A stretch of DNA of 60,443 nt, counting the filler, from Rhizaria sp. SCN 62-66 (Eukaryota): assembly GCA_001724265.1 (NCBI GenBank). It is 2 parts of 2 records of this genome, joined end to end, with 100 filler letters (N's around TTAATTAATTAA, not from the genome) between each part and the next. Parts side by side here need not be neighbours in the genome. Positions count along the whole stretch, not along the records: positions 31,134 to 60,443 come from MEDY01000382.1; 1 more part is not named here. One strand, 5' to 3'. Every line of letters starts with the position of its first letter. The stretch's first letter is position 1. The notes below the pieces were generated by a model that saw only the letters and a program-made list of their open reading frames with translations, did no database searches and was not told where the DNA came from. Of this stretch, positions 53,401 to 60,443 are shown in pieces. The position numbers and the translations under genes are program-made.

Positions 53401-56400
53401 AGCGCACTGAGTCGCGCAACCGCCTCTCATACGCAAGTCCCACAATCATAGGCATCCGTGGCTGTGAACCCGTGTCTGACGTTTATATTCGTGAGTGTAA
53501 CCGCCTTGGTGGCAACATAATCGAACTGACAGGCCACAACTTTGGAATCACTGCTTCTACAATCATGGTCGGTGGTCAAAATTGCGTCAATGTTACGCAT
53601 GACCCATCACGACCACATGAACGTGTCACCTGCACCACGCCTAGTGGCTCCGCAAGCGAACGCACAGTCACACTACTTCAGCGCTACGGCACAATGTCTC
53701 TTGAAAACATTTTGCTCTCGTACGTGCAGTGTCCTCCAGGTCGGTACGGCGTTGATATAGTGTGCCTTCCGTGTGAGACTGGGTATTTTAATGACATGTG
53801 GTCACAAACATCGTGTCGGCAATGCACACCTGGTCTCTACTCAAACGAGACCGGCGCAACCAGCTGCTTTGTATGTCCTGCCGGTCACCATTCAGAGCTG
53901 GGTGCACACTCTTGCGGTGTATGTCCGCGCGGCACATTTTCCGGTGAGCGCTCTGGCTCGTGTATGCAGTGCCCGTCAGGCACTTTTGCCCAGTACGAGG
54001 GCTCTTCCGTCTGCGAAGCTTGCCCGCTTGGTGCTGAGAGTAACGAAGACTACACATTCTGTCGCTGCACCGTGGGCACATACATGGATGCCGACGGTGA
54101 GTGCGTTAAATGCATGCTTGGCGGCGACTGTACTGCGCCTGGTACAACCATTTACAACATTCATTCATTGCCCGGCTACGCACCAGCAGTTGTCCGGCAC
54201 AAGCGTGACAGCGTTGTACGCATGAGGCTGTACGTGCCCGTGAACAGCGCGACAGAGCAAGCGCGCAAGAGTGCCCGCGCCACGGTTACAAAACTGCTTT
54301 ATGACAACTCAAGCTTACCGTTTGAGCGCATCGTACTTGCTGGACTCGAGTTTTTGACTGAAGGAGAGCTCAAAGCTTCCAAGCTTGCTGCTGGAGAAGA
54401 CGGGAAGAATGGCACTAGCAATCAGTCTGATAAGAAAGACAGTGTGCTGATCTTCAGCGCAAACGCCGTGCTTATTACGACAGATAATGCAACTTATCCG
54501 TTAGTCTTTGGCGCAACGCTACGCGCTGATGCAGCACTTGTTGCTGTTGTAGATGTTAATGTGTACCCAAATGCTTCAGGTGCGTACGCATTTGAAAACT
54601 CAAGTGAAGCGCTCTATCAACGCGTTGTAGAGCAGCTTATTGCAAACTCTGCACTCGTTTTCTCAAGGGGTAGTGAAGCTGTGCTAACTGGCGATGGCAT
54701 AACACGTGACCCAGACTTTGAACGTTTCGCAACGCCATCATTTGAACTTTGCATCAATGGTGCATGTCGCGGTAACGACGTCTGCCTTGAAGGCCATACT
54801 GGCAACTTATGTGCGGTGTGTCTTTCCGGCTATGGTAAGAGCTCGTCGTTTGAGTGCGCGCGCTGCAATACGCCTGCATTGCGTACGTTCCTGCTTGTGC
54901 TCGCTATTCTTGGTGCAATCGCGGTCTGCACTGTCTTGGTATGGAAGCAGATTGTCGACGGTAAACAGTCAATGAACGAGCTGCCTGCGCCCGCAGTGCC
55001 GTTATTGCTAAAGGTTGCCACATCGGGTCTGCAAGTTATGTCCATTGCCGCGCGCTATGACCTCCAGTGGCCCGGTTTCCTCGCAAGCGTATTTGATACC
55101 GCTGATACCGCTGGTGGCGTTGGAACAGCATTCCTTTCGCTTGATTGTTTCCTGGCTGAGGACCCAGCAGTGCAGCCCTTCTGGGTGACCACGATCAGCA
55201 TGATGGTGTTGCCGTTGGCGGGCGTTGTACTGCCGGCAATGGTATTTGTGCCGATGTACTTTAGTGAACGCCGCCATTACCGGAAAGACTTGTTAAAACG
55301 TGCTGCTGAGGAGCGTGCATTGTCGGCCGAGGTTATAATGGAGCTGAAAAACAGTGAGAAGCGCGACCGTGGCGAGCATCTTCAGCAACGTCGTGAGAAG
55401 ATGGCAAATGAAAACACATTGGTTTGGGATCTGATTGACGAGAAGGAAGGTCTTACTGTTGATAATCTTGTCAGTATTCACCCTTTTACTGAACAAACCG
55501 TAAGCCGGAACTCAAACAATCAAATCAATGTAACCTCGAGTGTTGTGCGACGGGGCGATTCTTCAAGTAACAGCATCAGTGTTGATGACAACAGCGGCAA
55601 CGGGCGCCAAAGTGTCGCAACTGCTCCCAAAAAACGTCGCGTGATTCGAAAGCCACGTATGGCCAACTCTGTAGGCGATATCACCAAATCGCCGCTTCCG
55701 CCACCAGTGCGCCCGCCTGTTCATGGTCGCGTGGACAGCAATGTCTCGGAGGAAGACGATGATAAAGGTCTCTGTGAGTTTGGTGTCACTCCAGTCGTAA
55801 TGGACAGCAGAATTGCCCCAAGCAGTCCTAAGCTTTTGGCAAACGCATCTCCGATGCTGCGCTCAAACTCTAGCCTGTCTTTTGGCTCTGTTGTCGGCTC
55901 AACTGGGCTTGGTAGTGAGCCCGCGTCGCCTACTTTTGGTGCTGTTGCAGTTCCCGGTGGTCGCGTGTCTCGTGCTTTGCCAGCATTGGGACCTAGCAGC
56001 TAGCATCAAGCAATGCTTGCGGCCGCAGCCAACTCTCCCTTTTTGCGTCCTAGCCTTCGTGGTCCCGCAGCAGTAGCCGCGCTTGGAAACGGCAGGGAAC
56101 GTGGTAGTGCGAAGTTTGCATCTTCCGGCAGCCCCTCAATGTCGCCATTGTTTGTGTCCTTGCCTGACTCTGTTGTTAAGAATGGTGTCGGACACACGTA
56201 TAGTCCTCGCCTTGGTGCGCAGACGGTTGCGTACGGTGCCCTTGTAAGCCGTGTTGGCTCTTTATCCCGTGTGGCATCCTTCTCGTTGCTGAGTAGCGCG
56301 AAAATTGGAAACAGTCCGTTAATGCAAACAAAGAAACTGCAGCAACAACAGGTGCAACAGGATCATTCACCATCTGCATTAAGGCGCGGATCTTTTTCCG

Positions 56401-58943
56401 TCTTGCAGCATCAAAATTCCACGTCGCTTGGTGTCAATCAAATCAACACAGTGAAGAGCAGCAACAAAGCAACGGACACCCATGAGAATGTATTTGCCGC
56501 CAATGATGAAGTTTCATGGCGCAACGAACGCGCAAAGCGTGCGTCACCGTACCTTGCAGCGATCTCTAATGAAGACCGTACGAGTGAATCTGCCAACGGT
56601 TTTATTGATCAGTTCGCTGACTCGATTGTTGCCAGTGCAGACGCTGTAGCGCCGGCAGAGTATACAGTATCTGAGTTGGAGTTTAAGCGCAATGACTTCA
56701 TTGATGTGGTTGATGAAGAAAACAACGACGGTGATAACAACAACAGCGCTTCAGTTGACAAGCAGCATCCTCAAACGGCATGTATTAACGGCCGCAGAGA
56801 CACTGATATTGTGCATGTTTCATATGACACGTCAGTGACATCAAAGCCAGGCAGGAGCAAAAAGCGTAGCCGCACCTTTAAGGATGACACTACCAGTAGT
56901 AAATCCACAGCTTCGGGCTCCAATAGTGGTTTTGACGGCGACAAAGCCTCACCTATGAGTGCTCAAAACATTTTTGACAGCCGTGAAAACGCTTCCTTTG
57001 ATTTTTCGCACTCGGATTCTGCGGCAGCGTTCGAAGAGTCGGGCGCGCTGTTTGTGGACGAGGATGGTACAGCTGTTGATCTCCGCAATTATGAGTCTCA
57101 CGCTGGGCGCGACTTTAGCCTTATTCAAGACGACTTTGCCCTCGACATGCGTCACCGCCTTAACAATGCTGACGCTGCAGATGGTGCATATGCAGCCGAG
57201 CTTGCCGCCGCTACGCGCACTAAGGCGCAGGAGCTTACTGTGCGCGCAGAATGGATGGCGCTTTTTAACTGTTATCGTACAAGTAAGGGTGAATTTGACG
57301 ACCCGCGTATTTGCGCTGACGCTGAAAGCCGTATCGCCCAAGCTACGTCGAGCTATGAAATTGCTAACGTGTTGCAAGGCGCGGCCGATATGGAGAACGC
57401 ATTTTCAGTCTCATGCGAGCCCGCAGAGACGCTGTACGACGCAGAGGTGCTGCGTGACAGGAACATTCGTCGTGAGCGAGCAATTGAGCGCGCTCGGGCA
57501 CACAAACAACTTATGTGGTATATCTCGACTTATGGTGACGATAAGGGCAAAGAAATGTATGAGATTGCGCGCGAGCAGCGCGCAAAGGCTGTCAAACCCC
57601 GGCTCACGCGTGCAGAGATGCGTAAGCAGCTTTACGCGGCGGAGCATGCTCTGAACAATGTGTCCTCCGAGTTTGCGGGCTACCTCATCACTGCAATCAC
57701 AGTTGTTATGTTCCTAATTCACCCAAACATTACACAGCAATTCTTCATGATGCTTTCTTGCAAGAGTATTGGTGGCGTGGCGGACCCCGGCGCCAGCTTC
57801 ATGCTTGGCGACCTTAGTGAGCCGTGCTATTCTTCACAACATTTGCTGTTTATTCTTGTTTTAGGCGTGCCTATGCTGATATTCTGGGTAATTGGTATCC
57901 CGCTGTTTGCATGGGTCATCCTGTACCGCAACCGCGCGTTGATCCAGACGCCGGCAACGGGTGCGTCCGATATTACACGTGCACAGAAGAAGGTATTCGA
58001 GTCACAGATGGCGTTCTTGTACCGTGGCTATAAACCTACCCGTTATTACTGGTTCTTGGTCGAGATGTTCCGCAAAGCCGCACTTGTTGCCATTGCCGTC
58101 TTCTTCCCAGGTGCGCTGCACACGCAACTCATGATGGCTTCTCTGCTTATCTTCGCATGCATTCTAGCACAGATCTTTGCCAAGCCTTTTGAAAACCGCA
58201 TTCCTGGCGCGGTTGAGTTCTTGTCGCTGGGCACATCGTTTATGATCTTCTTCCTCGCCAACTTCCTCTTCGTTGACACAGTCTCACACACAGCCAAGGT
58301 TGTTGCCACAGTACTTATCTGCGTGCTTGTGATCTTCTTCTTTGTTGTTGTGGTTGCCGCGCTAGTGGTTCTACAGCGCGAAGAAATGCAGCTGGCACCG
58401 CTCCGCCGGCAGCTGCGCGAAGCACACATTCTCGGACATGATATTGCGCAAGTCATGCGCAAGTGGCGCCAAGAACAGCTCCGTGAGCGCAAGCTTTGCC
58501 TAGACAAGAAAACTGTTGCTAACAGCAAGCATCTTCGGTTACCATCCACCACCGCAACTTCCGCAACAGGCATCACTGATAATCGTTGCACCAGCGCACA
58601 GAGTGATACGTCCAAAATCGGCGAACGCCGCAGCCACGATGAAGTTCTTGTGCTGGGCTCTGGCGTAACTCCAAGCTGGTCCCGTACATTTGACCTTGTT
58701 CGCGACGACGCTGCAAGCGACGGTGCAGTCCTGGGTGCGCATCGACGTGAGGTCATGCTGGCTGCAGCGGCTGCAGCGGCAAATGGCACTACTGGCGATG
58801 GTCAGGAGCTTGGAGCAAGCCATGCAAGCACTGCAGCTGAAGATGCAATTGCTGGTGCTGAGGCAAGGCTGTGCGAGCAACAGGCAACTGACGACCCTAC
58901 GGTCATTATAGATCTCACTGCGCCACCTCAATACCTGAACTAA
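32460..58943 (+). CDS. Giant secreted-pathway multipass membrane protein, 8,827 aa if TAG 33600 and 56001 are sense: signal peptide, long beta-rich ectodomain, 8 sushi/CCP, EGF-Ca, IPT/TIG, Cys-rich (GCC2/ephrin-receptor-like) repeats, ~8-9 TM module
   Basis: Three ORFs (32460, 33612, 56013) share one frame, separated only by single TAGs. Hydrophobic N-terminus (WPVVLWFVLIIVVQNAAA). Sushi repeats ~50473-52210; DINEC EGF ~52212; IPT-like PEITSVYGC and PTIIGIRGC; CPPGRY/CPAGHH/CPRGTF repeats; GHTGNLCAVC before TM1; FLYRGYKPTRYYW...RK in the distal TM block. Stop TAA. Confidence 0.85.
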
Positions 58944-60344
58944 AGACTAACACGAAATGAAATGTCCTGTCATGATGACTGATTCAATTGGTCTCCAACT
59001 ATATTTCTGCTCGTTGGGAAATTATAGATAGAGATTAATTTGTCTTTGCTTTTTCTACAGCTGTGTACGTAGGTGTTAACACAGCTGACTTATGCCTGAC
59101 GATGCTTAATACGCAAAGCTATGCTTCGAGGTCGAGGATCCAAGTCTTTCTTGGATGTCTTGGTCCCTCATTTCCGTTCCGTTTGTTTTATAGCCCATTT
59201 CGTCTCCTCTGTCATCACTCTTTGTTGTCTTGAAAAGTTGAGAATTATATGTTTCTTGCTCATACGACTAAGCAAGTTGTTAGTAAGTACGAGCCACAAT
59301 CCCCAATCATTGTGATTTTAGTTTCTGTTTTGTCTTGTTTCTGTATCTGTGACAAATCATGTTGATGTGAACATGCATGTTTCTGTGTTTGCTTTGATTT
59401 GATAAGTTTATCTAACACCGAATGTAACGCTCAGCTTCGTGCACTCGTGTACAAACACAAATCTCGCACCATACCACTCATGCACATCATGTCCTAAACT
59501 GGATCACACGTCCCTGCTCTGATGCAGCGGTATACTTTTTGAACAGGTTTTCTTGTGTATTCCCATATTATTTCTTATTTCATTTGCTATTGCCTAGTTT
59601 ATTGCCTGCTGTAACTTTCGAGTTTGCAAGAGTTTGTTCTCGTTACTCAAATCGCATGGAGCGAATTATAATTGAATTGCTGCATTGGCGCGTTTGTTCA
59701 CATACCTCCTGACCTTGTTCTGTATTGCTATTTTGTTGAATTTTATTTCTTCTCATTCGTTGAATCTCATGTGTCATAAGTTTAACCGGAGGATAGAAAT
59801 GATGGTGCCTCAAATCGACTGTAATTGATATCGATGTAGGTTTAACTGCTCTTTTTCAAGTTGTTACGTGCCCGTACTTATTTTTTCAAACACGTGTCAA
59901 TACGTCACTTCCAGATGTACTTACGCATACTGTTACTTTAGGTACACTTGCTACATTGTGTCCTTTAAATGTGTTTTGGCAGATCGCAAGTCATACGTGA
60001 TGATAACTGACGCTTGTGACTTCAATTTATCAACGCTGTGAGGTATTCAATGCACACTGTCTCTATTAAGCCTCAAAAACATCAAAATGATGTATTTCTC
60101 AGATTGTTTTTTCAAACGTAAGCTTAAGCTTTTATTGTCACTGACCGTCAATTCATCTCTCATGTCCCAAAGTCTTAGATGATCTGTTTTCGACTATTGC
60201 CGTCAGTCAGTTGATTCACACACAATACACGTTTTGTATTTCATCACGATTTGCATGTTTTCCTTCACCAAACTTGTACAAAACTGACCAAGGTCATACA
60301 TTAGCATTGCGGTGAGAAACCATGGCAAATACTTGCAGCTGGTG

Positions 60345-60443
60345 TGTCACAACCGACATTCTGCATAAAACACCAAGTCTCACAGGCTCACACTGGGGCA
60401 AACACCACCCACGGTCGTTTCGGGGCGGGTATATAAAGGTGGC
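60345..60443. mobile_element. One arm of a second copy of the TGT-ended TIR element, cut by the window/contig end
   Basis: 99 bp equal to the reverse complement of 988-1086 with 4 mismatches; begins tgtcacaaccgacattctgcataaaa. Confidence 0.85.

Noticed and set aside
988-60443. The whole 59-kb segment as one giant element or minichromosome bounded by 99-bp inverted repeats
   Set aside because: The TGT termini face the intervening genes, and the left copy has its own partner arm and TSD at 859-863, so these are two independent insertions. The enclosed genes are ordinary nuclear genes with no viral or Polinton hallmark.
1-60443. tRNA (including a CUA suppressor), rRNA or CRISPR array
   Set aside because: None recognised by eye; a tRNAscan-SE/Infernal run would be needed to exclude them.

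Overview
Gene-dense nuclear DNA of a eukaryotic microbe (lineage not identifiable from sequence alone). It has GC-rich exons, Ala/Ser/Asn/Gln low-complexity proteins and AT-rich GT-AG introns of about 100-220 nt. The window encodes a nucleoplasmin-type FKBP, a divergent cullin, an FKBP-TPR protein, two small ankyrin proteins, PDCD2L/Tsr4, a polyQ cold-shock-domain protein, UFL1, an Ariadne RBR ligase and an apparently intronless ~8,800-aa surface/multipass membrane protein. Main finding: the organism appears to use a non-standard nuclear genetic code in which UAG is a rare sense codon while UAA and UGA remain stops. Six in-frame TAGs interrupt four otherwise continuous genes (6589, 7156, 19664 minus, 26449, 33600, 56001). 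One lies inside the cullin domain and one between two halves of a single membrane module. All 12 identifiable gene ends use TAA or TGA, never TAG. Gln is my best guess for the amino acid; Leu is not excluded. There are also two copies of a small TGT...ACA terminal-inverted-repeat transposon, one with a 5-bp target-site duplication, and an artificial scaffold linker at 31034-31133.
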